From: Lama glama
Taxonomy: Eukaryota
NCBI GenBank assembly: GCA_028534125.1
Contig: CM052818.1
Location: 43,712,001-43,776,000, forward strand
Direction: 5' to 3'
Length of the DNA: 64,000 bases
The position numbers and the translations under genes are program-made. Shown here piece after piece: positions 49,684-62,034 of this stretch. Position 1 is the first letter of the stretch. The number at the start of each line of letters is the position of its first letter. Below the pieces are notes generated by a model. That model was not told the DNA's origin and did no database searches. It saw only the letters and a list, made by a program, of their open reading frames with translations.

Positions 49684-51939
49684 AGCCAACATATCTGGCT
49701 CTTGATAAATACTTGCTGCTGCTGCCGCCGTGGTATAACCTAGGAATACAGCGTGTGTGCAGTTGAGACACCAGGTGGGTCCCCGTGAGTACCTGCAGGC
49801 AAGTGAAATAGTCTATGGCTGTCCTAGAGAAATTCACAGAAAAACGTGAAGGCTTGCATCTAGGACTGAATGCTCTGGGTGTAAAAAAACAGGAAGAATT
49901 GAGTTTTCCTTTCTTCATGCAGGAGGAGAAAATAACACGAATAACTATACTGAGCCAGTGTCACTGAATCTTTTTTGTTGTCTGTAACTCCTAGTATTGT
50001 CATCTTTACTCATCCACATCATCACCATCAATGACTATTTTTATCCTTACCACAGTTATAAGACAACAAAGGACATAATACAAATTGAAAAGCAAATGCA
50101 CATTTAAAAAGCATATATAAATTGGCTAGCCTTTTTTATTTCAAAAATGACAAATCCTTCCAAAATTGACATTTCTTTGTTAAAATGATGGCTGGATAAC
50201 AATTCCTGAATCACTCTTTCTAAATTTCCCAGGGAAATATTCATTAAATTAGAATCTAGAGCATTAGGCTGGGATCCGCTGGATCCCAGACAAAAAAAAT
50301 TTTTTTCTTTAACAATACTTAATGTCTATATATTTGTAAGTCTCTCTGAAAATTCATAATCCATGAAAAACCCCCAGAAAAATGTGCATTGACACCCATG
50401 CCCACCACCCATGGGCACAGGTCAAGCACTGACCTCAGGTCCAAAAATATCAAGGTTGTCAATGCCTGAACTAGGGCCCAAAGGCCAAAGAGAGACTGTC
50501 AGGAAGGAAACAGAGAGGCTGAGTGCCCCCTCATGGTCTGCACTGTGCCTGTGGAACCTGGCCAGGAAGTCACACCCATCTCCGGGGAGGGGAGGGCACT
50601 TCACCCTCCTCATCCTCTATCTGGAATCACGGACTCTTAACATTCTGCTTTATGAAATTTGCTAATTTACATGGTACAACCAAACAAGGAAATACTCATT
50701 AAAAATCAATATATGTCAATATTTATTAACATAAAAAGTCATTTACAAACGTTTAGTAAAAAATTAGTTTGTAAGACGACTACACATGCACAGTGATTGT
50801 ACTTAGGGGAAAAAGTTTCACAACTGGTGATCTCTGCTGAGGTTATGAGTTCTAGTCTCCCTAGTTTCTTCTATATATTTTTTTATCTTTTAATTAACAG
50901 AATTTTCTGTTTCGGTGTTATGCCTCTATCATTCACAAAAGACAAAAACTAATTTTTAATGTTTTGTAGGATCTGGCAGAAATGCAACACCAAATTACAA
51001 TGTTTATTAGAAATGGAAAGTAGCAAAAAGGACATCAGAAATTCGAATCAACATTTTGTGGAATCCATACCTTAAAACGAACCTGAGCTCCGTCCTGAAT
51101 AGCGGGCTACTCCAGGCACTTTATTGTAAATCAGGAAGTGGATTTAAATGGCTGCTCCATTTCTAGCCAGCACAGCAGACCTGAAACACCAAACACACAT
51201 CCACTAGAACAGGATGAAAATTAGCTGTATCTGTAGACGACATGACGGGCCACCTTCCCCAAAGATAAAAGGATTGGCTCTACACTATTAAAGCTAACAA
51301 TAACGTTTAGAAAATACAGCATAATGTAAAATTACAAATTATGGCCACTCATAAGCAACTCATAGTCACAAAATAACCGTGCTTAAATTTAATCTTTCTG
51401 TTTTATAGTGCTACGAATGATTTGCTTATCAGAATTAGCAAATTGGTGTCATAATAAGTATAGGATACACACACATCTGTATTCAGTTTTGTATTCTACA
51501 TTTTATCATTTATTATTCTGTCAAAGGCGCATTTCCAGGTCATTAAATACTTCCCAGAAACATGACCGAAGCAAATATTCCATTGATGTATTTGTCATAT
51601 TGATATACTGTTTTGATATATCAATATAATGAAAATGTAATTTTCTTCCATTAGCTAGCTTTAGGATTTCTAAGACTGTTCTGTAGATTTGTGATTTATG
51701 CAAATAGAGTTGTGAGTCTACCGAATGGTTATCATTAAAAATTATTCTATGCAGAATTCTGATCGCACCATGCCTCTTTCTAGCTCTGCAGTTTTGTAAG
51801 TACGTTCTCCATTTTCTGTCTCTGTAGCTAATGAAAATATTGCTAAAGATGGGACAGGAAATGTTCTTATCAAAATCACATTGAAGATGATAGTTCAATA
51901 AAGCAAGAATAAAAATATGTATATGAAAAAATGAACTTT

Positions 51940-52225
51940 TATTACACAATAACATAAACTGCTCTTACAGACAGTATATTGAGTGAAAAATACTATTTAT
52001 TTCCATTTACAAGTTCAAGGGCAGACAAAACTGGTGATAAAGATTGAAACAATAGAGTGCGGTGACACCTGGAAGGCAGCACGAGTGAAAAATTCATGTG
52101 CTATGTAGTGTTTTATATTTTGTGAGTGATAGTTACATGGGGATGTTTGCTTTAAGCAAAAAAAAAATGCATTAAGTTTTGTGCACTTTACTGTATGTTA
52201 TAGTTGTAATGAAAAGTTGAAAAGC
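51940..52225 (+). mobile_element. L1ME-type 3' end
   Basis: atattgagtgaaaa...ttccattta..aagttcaa..caaaact...gtgatagttacatggg...gtgcactttactgtatgttata. Confidence 0.7.
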
Positions 52226-53559
52226 AAATATATTGTCTTTGGCACTTAGCACTGCACATTGGAAGAAGCAAATATACCTAGTATTACACAATGCGAATAT
52301 AACACTTCAACTCTGAGCAACTGCATAAGCCACGACCATTAAAATATGTGTAGAGGTCATCCTAGTCCATGTCACCCACACCATGGCTTGAGAACTTTTG
52401 ACTACCAATGAATAAACTGATAAATAAGCCTGCTAAATTACTTGTGCTGAGAAGACAAGTGGACTAGGAGAACTGGTGTGAAAATACTTGCTTTCTACCG
52501 AGTTACCAAAGCTATCTCCCGATTTCAGACAACACGCTGAATTTCTCCTTCCTAGCTGAATTTACTGTTTTGGTTTTCATTAGAGATTTATAGACTACCA
52601 GCAATAAAAGGGCAAATTGATCTTGTAGTACTAATATTTTTTAATAAAATTGTGCAGTTTTTGTTCCTTGTTTTCTTTCTCTCTCCCTCTCTCTCTCTCC
52701 ACTCTCTCTTTTTTTGTTGTTTTCTGCAATGCGTAGGCTACCCAGAAAAGATCCCCTTAATCTCAAATTTAGCTGGACCACAGTAGGACTTTGACTGTCC
52801 AGGCTGCACAACCATGACAAGGATAATGGTGTCCTATGATGACAAATGAAATCCCTACCTCACCACCATACATCATCGCTTTAGTGTCATTCTCCTTTTG
52901 TTCTGAGTATGCCGTCATTAGTAAGGATGCCCTTGTGTAAAGGATTTTTGTGAAAAGGAACATCAGCACGTGCCTGTCTAACACACTACTCTTTCTATTA
53001 AAAGATACACACCTATGGTGCATTCAGTGAATCCACAGTGACAGGAAGCATGTTTGCTAGCCATGTAGATCTGTTTACGTCACCAACAGGAAACCCTAGT
53101 AAAAGGAGCAAGGGCAGAGTGATGGCTTAGAATTTCCAGTCACCGGGAGGAGAAATGTTTAATGATTATTTTAGAATTTTACAGAATATCGAGCCGCAAT
53201 TCCATGGTATTGCTACATCTGAGAAACCCTGATGGTCTTGAGTCTCAAAAGTTTCACGTATGATGTATGGCTCATGGCTTGCCCCAAGTCTGACTTCTTC
53301 CGAACTGTTTCTCAGCCTCAGTGTAGCATTATTCCTGAAAGAACCTTCTCTATAGCATTTCATCAACACAAAGGAGATGGGTCAAAATCACCAGTCTTAG
53401 ATGAAGAACACCATGGAACTGGGCTAGAATGACAAGCCACTGGCTTTGAGTGGCAGCAGATTGTGATGGTTCCAATTTGAAAGGGACTTGAGTTTGAATC
53501 TCTTGAATCTCTGCTTTATTTACTCATGCATGTGTTCCTTCATATACATCAATTAGTAT

Positions 53560-53715
53560 GCCCTTCACTCCCGGGGCCTCGGTTTTCTGATCTGTAGAAT
53601 GGTAATGATAATTTCATTATCTCTAGGTCATGATGGACTGACTCATGTTAATGTATAAACAATGTTTAGAAAGATTCCCAGTACACAATACTTATAGAAG
53701 TTATTGCCATGGTTA
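53560..53715 (+). mobile_element. MIR
   Basis: ggcctcggttttctgatctgtagaatggtaatgataat. Confidence 0.7.
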
Positions 53716-54384
53716 GAACATTAGACAATATGAGTTCTCCACAAGGGCAAAGACCTTCGCTCCATGGGAGTGCCATGAGGGGTGTCTGCCATCAGGTCAG
53801 CATTCCATAAATATTTGTGAAGTGAAAGATAAATGGCTTGACATCTTTTTGCCACAATATATCTAGAAAGATGCACCTAAAAGAAAATCTTGACACTCTT
53901 CTACATGCAAAGGGAAGCTAAGAGAAACCCGTCCACTACGGCTAGTAACAGAACAGTTTGCATCCAGGAAGACTCTAAAGCCTCATCCTGTTCTGGGAAC
54001 GCCTTCCTCTCCCAGAGGGACTGAAATTCAGTGTAACGGACGCATCTCTCTAGCTCTATGCCTAGTTCAGAGGCTGGAACAGAACACCTGTTCAAAAATC
54101 ACTTGCTGAATTATTGAGAGGGAAGGAGAGAGGGAGAAAAGAAATTCAACTTTAATTTTCTTCCCCCGACTCATCTTAAATCAGTTGCTCAGTCTCCCAG
54201 TGGGAAAGACTAGGTTTCAAGGAGTTATTAATGCTGTCTCTAACAGAGCTCTCCGAAATCATTTGTATATCCAGGCAGTGACGAGGCAAGAACAGCAATG
54301 TACATAAACGGGGCACTTTCATCATTGTATGTGTCCCCGGAACAGTTACTGTGTCATAATGGGAAGAAGACGGGAAAGAAAAAC

Positions 54385-54615
54385 AGGGTTTGATGCCCTG
54401 AAGGCTTGGGATCAGATCTCACACTGGCGTCTCACTAGCTGTGTGACCTTGGGCATTTTATTCAACCTCTCTGTTTCTCAGTTTCTGCATCTGCAAAACC
54501 TGGCCAATGTGCAGCATGCAGGCTTGACGTGAGAACTAAATGAGCTTCATAAACTGTGTTTGAGACACTTTGGGACGGTACCTGGTGGGCAATCAGTGCT
54601 CAGAACTGTCCACTT
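54385..54615 (+). mobile_element. MIR
   Basis: cactagctgtgtgaccttgggca..ttattcaacctctctgtttctcagtttctgcatctgcaaaa. Confidence 0.85.
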
Positions 54616-55323
54616 CCTCCCTAAGGGGTTTGAATTCCAGACTTTACTCACATCACACATTGCCCTAAATATCTCAGCAACCAGGGGCCACCCTCTCTCT
54701 CTCCAACCCCAGTGTGTATAGAAAGCAGCCAGGAACATTCGAGAACCCCAGAGCTTGTCTGCCTCACCATCCTGGTGAATGAAAGCCTGAATAAGAGCCA
54801 GCAACTGGGCTTTTCTCATTAGTCTAATTCATTCCAAACTAGAGCCCAGAGCAACTGGAGAATCTAGCCGCAATTTCTCAGGCTGGAAACATTTCCCGCT
54901 GCGCCGCCTGGGTGGGTTCCCTGACCAAGCTGAAACAGGGACTTTTACAAGAGCCTCCTCCGAGGTCTGAATGACATGTTTTCTCTGGCTCTGGACTGGG
55001 GCCCTGTATTAACAGCAGAGACATTAGCAAAATACTGACCGCAGTTTTTTATTTTCCTTTCCGTGGAATGTGGCTTAGTCCTCAGGACTGACAGTGGGTA
55101 ATTTCTCCTTACATAACTCTTTCTTCTCTGGAGCCCATTTAGATGCTAATAAGAAAAGTAATGCTCTCTTTGCAGTCCTCTAGGCTGGGGTGACTTTCAT
55201 AAGAAGCCCCCGACCCTGACAGTATTAAAAACCAGCTGGGGAGCCCCAACGCTTTACGCACACTCAGTGGAAAAGGGACAGGGTGGTTTTTCACACCAAG
55301 CTCTCATCCAGGCAGAGTCATGC

Positions 55324-55400
55324 ACAAACACTCACGCACACACACGCACACAAACACACATACACACACATGTCTGTGCAAAAAGAGAATGAGAGAGAGA
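55324..55400. repeat. Imperfect (CA)n followed by GA-rich tract
   Basis: Directly visible. Confidence 0.85.
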
Positions 55401-55472
55401 CTGAAAAGGAGGCTGAAGCATCAGTGACTTCTTCCAAATCTCTATCTTATTTTTTGCTGATCTGACATGTTG

Positions 55473-55486
55473 GTTTCCATAGCAAC
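55473..55486. promoter_or_regulatory. RFX X-box motif
   Basis: GTTTCCATAGCAAC fits the X-box consensus GTNRCC/GTTNCC-AT-RGYAAC and lies in unique sequence. Confidence 0.55.
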
Positions 55487-56199
55487 CTAGAGTGGCCTGG
55501 ATAACTCGGAAAGTTAATTTCAGAGAGGTCTGCAGAGCCAAGCAGAATATTTTCGATGAAAGCTCCTTCTTGTCTCCCAGGAACTGTGGGCACTAGGGCT
55601 CCAGGAAGTGTTAACACATGAGAACTTGGTATTAAAGATACTCTTTAACCTGGAAGAAAAAATGTCCTGCTCCTCTTAGTTTTTTTAGACTCCGAAATTT
55701 GCAATAGGAGAGAACCGACTCACAAAATCCATGCCAGCTCTGCTCGACTGGCAAGACAAAATTTCCCCAAAGAATTATTCCATCCTTCAAAGCAGAGTTC
55801 AGATTGCTTTTAAGGGCCGTGATCAAAACAGAGAGTGTGAAACTGGGAGAGGTGGTAGGTACTGAAGAAAGGGATGGATAAAGATGATGAATTCTGGCAG
55901 GAGTTTATCGAAGCTTAAACAGCTATGAGAGAGTATATGTACATATACACATGTATTTATTAGGTTTTCCCATAATTACAGTCTGTAAACTTATACATCA
56001 ACAAGATGTGGCCTGAACCATCATGCAATTTATGTTTATCAAACACAAAGACCTAAATAGAAAACGATAATGTTGTGTGGAGAGGTTTTGATAACGACGT
56101 GAGACTATGAAGATCACTCACCTGCTCTCCACGTGTTTGGGAATGTGGAGTGGGGGAGGGTCTGGGGTGGACTGTGGGGGAGGAGGAACTGGGGACTGT

Positions 56200-56850
56200 C
56201 ACAGAGCGCTACTTGAAGAAGGTAAGGTCGGAGCTCAGTCTTAAAGCAGAGGCAGGTGTGAGCTCATTCACACGGGAAGCTGGCGCACCAGGAAGGGCAT
56301 GTCAGGAAACTGCATCAAAAAAGGAAAGATATACACGCACCTGAATCACTTTGCTGTGCATCTGAAACTATTACAATTTGTAAGTCAACTACAGTTCAAT
56401 TAAAAAAAAAATCCAAGGAAGTGAGGTAAGAATAGCCTGGTGGGGGGAGGGAGGGAGGGAGGAGCAAGTAGAATAAAGTTGGAAGACAGGGTCTGAGGGG
56501 AGATGGAGTCGGAAAGATAGATAAAGACCAGCGTGTGAAGTCTAGACTAAGGATTTTGTACTTCTTGTATCGCAGGTGATGAGGGGCAGTTGCAAGTCTT
56601 AAAAGCGGAAGAGACGTGATCAGGTCAGCCTTTGAGACGATCATTGTGGTGGTCCCTCTGGAGAAGGGACCGAAGACAGCAGAGACGGTTAGGAGGCCAC
56701 TCAACAGACTAGCCAAGTACTGACCACCAGGACCAAGCCAGTGGGCGCCTGGAACACAACTGATGTACTTCAAACAATGGTGAGTGAGAGCAGCTGGCAT
56801 ACGTAACTGACTGGAGGCGGTAGATGAAGAAGTAAAAGACACAGACGGAG
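56200..56850 (-). mobile_element. L2 fragment containing a short plus-strand L1 3' tail (about 56325-56411)
   Basis: L2: taaggattttgtactt..gtgatcaggtcag..tttgagacgatcattgtgg. L1 tail: ctgaatcactttgctgtgcatctgaaact...caactacagttcaatt(A)n. Confidence 0.75.
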
Positions 56851-57094
56851 GGAGGTTTTCAACAGATACTCTGGGGGGATCTCTAACGGGGGCCTGTGGG
56901 TGGGCTGGGAGAAAGCGCAGGGATACGTGAAGTTAATTCATCTTGATTCTAAAGCTGACTTTCCTTCCCATGCTGTTCTCATGTTCATATGGAACACTGA
57001 AAGTCTGCATTTGAATTAACAATTATATTTATGGCACATCTGAAAGGATAAACTGTGAGGATGGCCAGACCTTTTCCTATTTACTGTAGGAGTA

Positions 57095-57960
57095 ACGATA
57101 AAGGACTTGGCTTATCAGACATGGAAGCCCCATAAAGCTCTAACAAGGTAGCGTGCGGGTCACCCAGGAGACCCCGCGCAGCGGAGCTGTAAGTCCAGAA
57201 GAAACATTTGGACATGTTGAAATATTTGGTTTATTCATGAAATAGTGGCAGAGCAACTGGTTACCCTTTTGAAAAATAAGGTAAAATTCCTAATTTAGGG
57301 CCAAGTTAAATATTTCCATAATAAAAATAAACTTGAAAGAAAATATATGTGCATACTTATATAAAGGGGTGAAAAGGGCTTTACCGAAAAGCACAACCAT
57401 AAAGAAAAACATGAAAAAGTTGGATTTTAAAAATCCCTCCTATCAAAAGATGTCATAAATAAAATCATAAGACAATGAACTGGGATAAAATGTGCAGTGT
57501 ATATGACAGAAGAATTAATGCCTTAATATTTAAAGAACTCTAACAAAATGATTCAAAAAAGAAAAGAAATCTAGTGGGAAAAAATGTGAACAGGAAAAAC
57601 ATAAAAGAGTTACAGATATTCTCTCTCTCTCTCTCTCTCTCTCGCTATATATATATATATAAAATGTTCAATCTAACTAGAAAGATTTGCAAAGATGAAA
57701 AAAAATAGCAATATTGGCAGAAATGTTTCCAGGAAGCAATTAAATAACAAGAATCAAAATCATACACTTTGGCTCAGGCATTCCATCTCCAGGCACCTAT
57801 CTGATAAAAGAACATCCCTGCAGTGTTGTTTATAAATTCAAAAATAGAAGTGAAAATCAACTGCCCAATAACTGGAATTAGTTTGTTTCAGGTATGGTAC
57901 ATTTGTACCGTGGGACTGCACAGCCATAAATAGTGGAAAAGCACGAGGATGTTTCATGAA
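57095..57960 (+). mobile_element. Ancient L1 (L1ME-like) ORF2 3' region
   Basis: A-rich; caactggtta, aaccataaagaaaa, tatatgacag...aatatttaaagaactct, cagtgttgtttata. Confidence 0.65.
57620..57660. repeat. Compound (TC)n(TA)n microsatellite
   Basis: Directly visible. Confidence 0.95.
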
Positions 57961-58109
57961 ATGCAAATCGATCCTCTTTCCAGAACACTAGCATGTCCGC
58001 TCCATGAATGCAGGGTCTCGTCCGTTTTGTTCACTGTCACAGCTCGAGGGCCAAGAATCTAGCCCACAGCAGACCCTCAGTAAATATGCATAGAAAGCAT
58101 GATTGTAAA

Positions 58110-58691
58110 ATGCAGGGGGCAGGATTCTAAGATGGCCCGTGACTTCCGTCCCCGGGGGCACTCCCATGGTATGTTACATTACACAGCAAGCGGGATTTTG
58201 CATTGTAACGCGGGGTACTACTTGGCTGAACTTAACTTGGGGAAGATTATCTGGGTGGACCTGACTTACTGACAAGAGCCCTTTAAAACGGAGAGATTTC
58301 TCCAGATAGTCGCCGAAAGGGAAGTCAGGAGCAGAGACTGGCGCTGTGGGAGGCTCTCCACTGCTGTGATGGGGCCACTGACAAGGACCTGAGGGCTGCC
58401 TCCAGGTACAGAGACTGGTCTCTGGCCACCACCCAGCAAGAGAAAGGGGCTCTCAGTCCCACGACCACAAAGAACTGCATTCTGCCAACAGCCTGAATGA
58501 GCTCAGAAGCAGATTCTCCTGTAGACCCTTCAGCCCCAAGCCCAATGCCACAGACACCTTGACTTTGACCCTGTTGAGACCCTAAGCAGAGAACCCATCG
58601 AGCCTGCCTGGACTTCCGACCTGTAGAACAATGAGATAAATGGTCAAGCCACGAAGTGATAATTTGATAGACAGCAATAGAAATCTGATAA
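58110..58691 (+). mobile_element. MLT1E-like MaLR solo LTR
   Basis: ggcaggattctaagatggccc...agattatctgggtggacctga...gaactgcattctgccaacagcctgaatgagct..gaagcagattct...gagaccctaagcagagaaccca..gacttccgacct...cagcaatagaaatctgata. Confidence 0.9.
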
Positions 58692-59029
58692 ATTAGATAA
58701 AGCAAGCTTGTTACAGCGCAGTACTTACAACATGATTCCCTTTTTTGTTTATATATACACGTGTTTATGAGTTTGTACAAGAAACCCAGCTGAAGTGTAG
58801 ACACAAGGATGTTAACAGTGTGGTTGGTTGGTTGGTTGGCTGGTTTGGAGAGATTGCGAGCTCGCTGGAGAACTGAACTAAGTTGAATAGAATGTAACCT
58901 CTAGACATCTGGAAAGTTTAATAACCCGTTATTTTCACGGGTTAAATCCTCCTGGATGGCCGTTCTATAAGTCGTTCTCAAATGTCACCTCACCATTGGC
59001 GTTAATCTCCACCTGCGGTTTGCACACAG

Positions 59030-59300
59030 AACAGTGTGGTTTGGACTCTGAGATAAGAACCGTCAGTTTTCTAAGCCCTAACTTCACCACCTACGAGCTT
59101 TTTAAAACTTGGATAGTTTAAATAACCTCTCATAGCTTTAGTTCCCTCAAATCGGAAATGTGAATGAGGATGGTCGCCAGGTCGGGTCATCGTGGAGATA
59201 AGATAGAGCAACAGATGCAGCACGGACAGCACCGTTGTTGCTGAATTCTTGGTACGCTGCGCAGCAGGTGCTCCCCGAATTCGAGTCCTTAAATTTATCC
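59030..59300 (+). mobile_element. MIR fragment(s)
   Basis: tggactctgag...acttggatagtt..aacctctcatagctttagttccctc. Confidence 0.55.
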
Positions 59301-59759
59301 GAAGTGAGCTGCTATAATTGCTTCTTTTTGGTCTTTCCCACAGTTCTGCTGTAAGTCTGTCCTAATATTCTCAAGTGCCTAGACAGTGCCTGGCACCTAC
59401 CAAGGGCTTAGAAACATCTGGTTCAATGAATACATGGAAATGTAAAAGGAAGATTGTTAATGCTGAATGTTCAGCTCGTGAGGCAATGCAGACTGCAGTA
59501 ACACAGCATGACCACAAGATGGCAATATAAATAGAAAAGCTCTGCATTTCAGGAATATTCTGGATGATCTGCCCCTTCCCTCTCCTGGGACTCCAGGGAA
59601 AAGACACGGTTGCAATACTGTGAAGGCAGAAAGCAAACTGCCAGGAATTTGCCCACCTACCTCCTATTTCGCTGTGTGGATCAATGCCTTGGAAACGCAG
59701 CTCCTGACCGACAGAAGGAAATATTTCTGCTGAGCTGGGAGACCTCCATAAAGGCCCAT

Positions 59760-62034
59760 GACACCTCACCTGGGGACAGTTTTATTTGTGTGGCCCTTTT
59801 CCCTGTCCCTGCCTTAAATCTGCATCTCTGGGCCTGGGTGGAGAGGAAACGTGATACGGAGGAAAGTGCAGAGTTGAAGGCTGACCCCAGTGCCGACCAT
59901 TGTACGTCTGCGCAAGTTTCTCAACCTTTCTGAACTCCATCGTGTCGTGTGAAAAAAAAAAAAAAAAGGAAAACAAATACAGAGCGATTACAGATGAACT
60001 GTTGCAACCACAGAGGTTTAAGCAGAATAGCATTCTCTACAGACCAGTTCCCAGAGGATCCTGGAATCAAAACGAAGAATCGTCTTTGCAGTTCTGGAAG
60101 GATTTGGGCACTGAGCCCACAGCTACTTGGCCCAGAGCATTCTATCCCTAACAGATCAACAAATTCTCTGAATAAGGTTTACTTGGACGTGGCCCTCAGC
60201 AGTAACTTTCCCTTTTCAAAAAACACACTCTGTTGAGGACAAAAAAAAAAAAAAAAAAAAAAACAAAAAAAAAAACTGCTCCTCACCAGACTCTAAAAAA
60301 GGGTATGAATGTCATTGTCTCTCTGGCTTCCTGTGGTCTCCATAAAATCTCCAAGCAGAGTATTCTGGGCTCATAAAAATGTCCACAGCCCGTTTCTCAT
60401 CTGCTTTAATGGCATTTCCTAATGGTTGACACTGACATTGGCATCTTTTCTCTGGGGAAAGTGTTGTGAGCCTGGCTTTCCCCTTCCCCAAAATAGCTGG
60501 TGCAAACAGCCCAGGAGCTGGAATGCAGGGCGACGGTTTTTCTCTTCCCACGAAGAGACATAACCTCCAAGATATGGGAACTCTGCCTTATTTCCTGTGG
60601 CAACAGGCTGAGAGGTCCTGTTGCCACCAGGAAAGAGTCACACCCCCACTCAAGGATTCCAGCCCTCCTGTGTCCTTCCAGGGGCTTTGGGAAGGGGATA
60701 AAGTAATCCATCATGGGGAAAAAGTGGCATTAGTATCGATGATCTGTGAAAGAAGTTTTTGAGCTACACTTTGTAAATAAGGAAATTTTGTTTAGAAAAG
60801 AAGCACATTCTTTTGTTCAAAATACGTGATCACTTTGCTTGACCAGGTCATGTCAAGGAAGCTAAGAGGAAAACCAGCCGTGGGCATAAATAGCTCCAGG
60901 GATAAATGTCCACCTGGTACACAGGACTGGGAGGAGAATGTGATGGTCTGGGGGCCACGGGGCACAGCAAATAGATTGCCCTGAGGATTCAGGGGAGGGA
61001 GATGTGAATGTGGCTGGGAACTTCCTGGAAGCTGGCTCGTTGGAGCAGGGCCATCCTTTGCCATCATCCACTGCCCACCTGCTCGGTGGGGAACTCCTGG
61101 ACACACAGCTCCGCCTCCTCGCACACCAGCCAACGTCAGTGGGGCTTCCGGGAGGTGGCCGTTGCCCAGGTAGGGTCAGGCTCTTTCCTGGGTCTGGGTC
61201 TATGAGGATGAGTAAGGCCCAAGATTGCCCCCCAGGGGCTCTCACATTAGAGTGAGAGTGAAAATGCATGAACAGCCAGCTGTAAAAGAAGAAAAATGAT
61301 GCGCTCACACTGGGAGAGAAGTGAAAACGCGGTGCTCCAGAGGCGGGGCAGAGGGAGGTTTCATTCCGCGAGTCTCCTCTGGCCAACAGATCTTTCTCTT
61401 CTGAGCGACTGTTTGCTAAAGCACCCACTGCTGCTCCCTTCTGGTGTCACATTTGGTTTTGACATGACAGAAGTGTTTCTTCTAGAGACTGACTTGTGTT
61501 TGTACTGAAGTGGTTGCAGAAGTCGCCGCTCTAGAACGTGATAAAGACCCACGTTGAAATCCCGGCTCCTCCCCTTAGACCTACACGTTCCTAACCCCCC
61601 AAAATAAGGAAGACAGTACGGCACTGAGTTTGTGTGCTGTTGGTGGTGGTGCAGGGGGACTGACGAGGGTGACCTGCCCAGTCTCCATCACGGCGGTTCA
61701 TGCAGAGCAGAGCCCCCACGCGCATGCGCGGTGTTACTCTCTCGCGCCCTTCCCACGCCCGTGGCTCAGTCTAGAAAGACAGCCATGCACGTGTGTGGTT
61801 ATCTAAATAATGCTGCTGATAATAAAGCCAAGCACTCCTGTTCACCCTCTTCTGGGCAAGGGCTGCGTCGTTCTTCTTGCACTGCAGTCAGAGCTGTTGG
61901 CTTCACCGTCTCCGCCTTCTCTGCTGGGACTGCCTCCTGCTCATCTCTCTCTGTCCTCGCGTCCTCTCCTCCCGTCCCCGGGAGATGACTTTCAGCAGCC
62001 GCCGTAGGAGGAGGTGGATGTGAAGAGGCTTAAC
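59760..62034 (-). other. Putative terminal exon and 3'UTR of an unidentified minus-strand gene
   Basis: Strong acceptor ttcctctccccatctctccacctgcag|G at 62035/62034; about 2.3 kb free of recognisable interspersed repeats; U-rich tracts on the minus strand; AATAAA at 59786-59781 followed by a GU-rich element. Confidence 0.45.
61719..61730. promoter_or_regulatory. NRF1 motif
   Basis: Perfect palindrome CGCGCATGCGCG matches YGCGCAYGCGCR. Confidence 0.45.

Noticed and set aside
50269..50306. Rho-independent terminator
   Set aside because: The DNA is eukaryotic, and the T run is separated from the hairpin by an A run.
56396..56842. 148-aa minus-strand ORF
   Set aside because: It lies in a decayed L2 relic and has no recognisable intact domain.
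58325..58804. 159-aa minus-strand ORF
   Set aside because: It is antisense to an MLT1E-like LTR.
60862..61428. 188-aa minus-strand ORF
   Set aside because: No recognisable protein similarity; more simply explained as a chance frame in putative 3'UTR.
61985..62003. GGC-TGA as a selenocysteine (GCU-type) C-terminal motif
   Set aside because: The flanking residues match no selenoprotein I know, and I could not identify a SECIS element.
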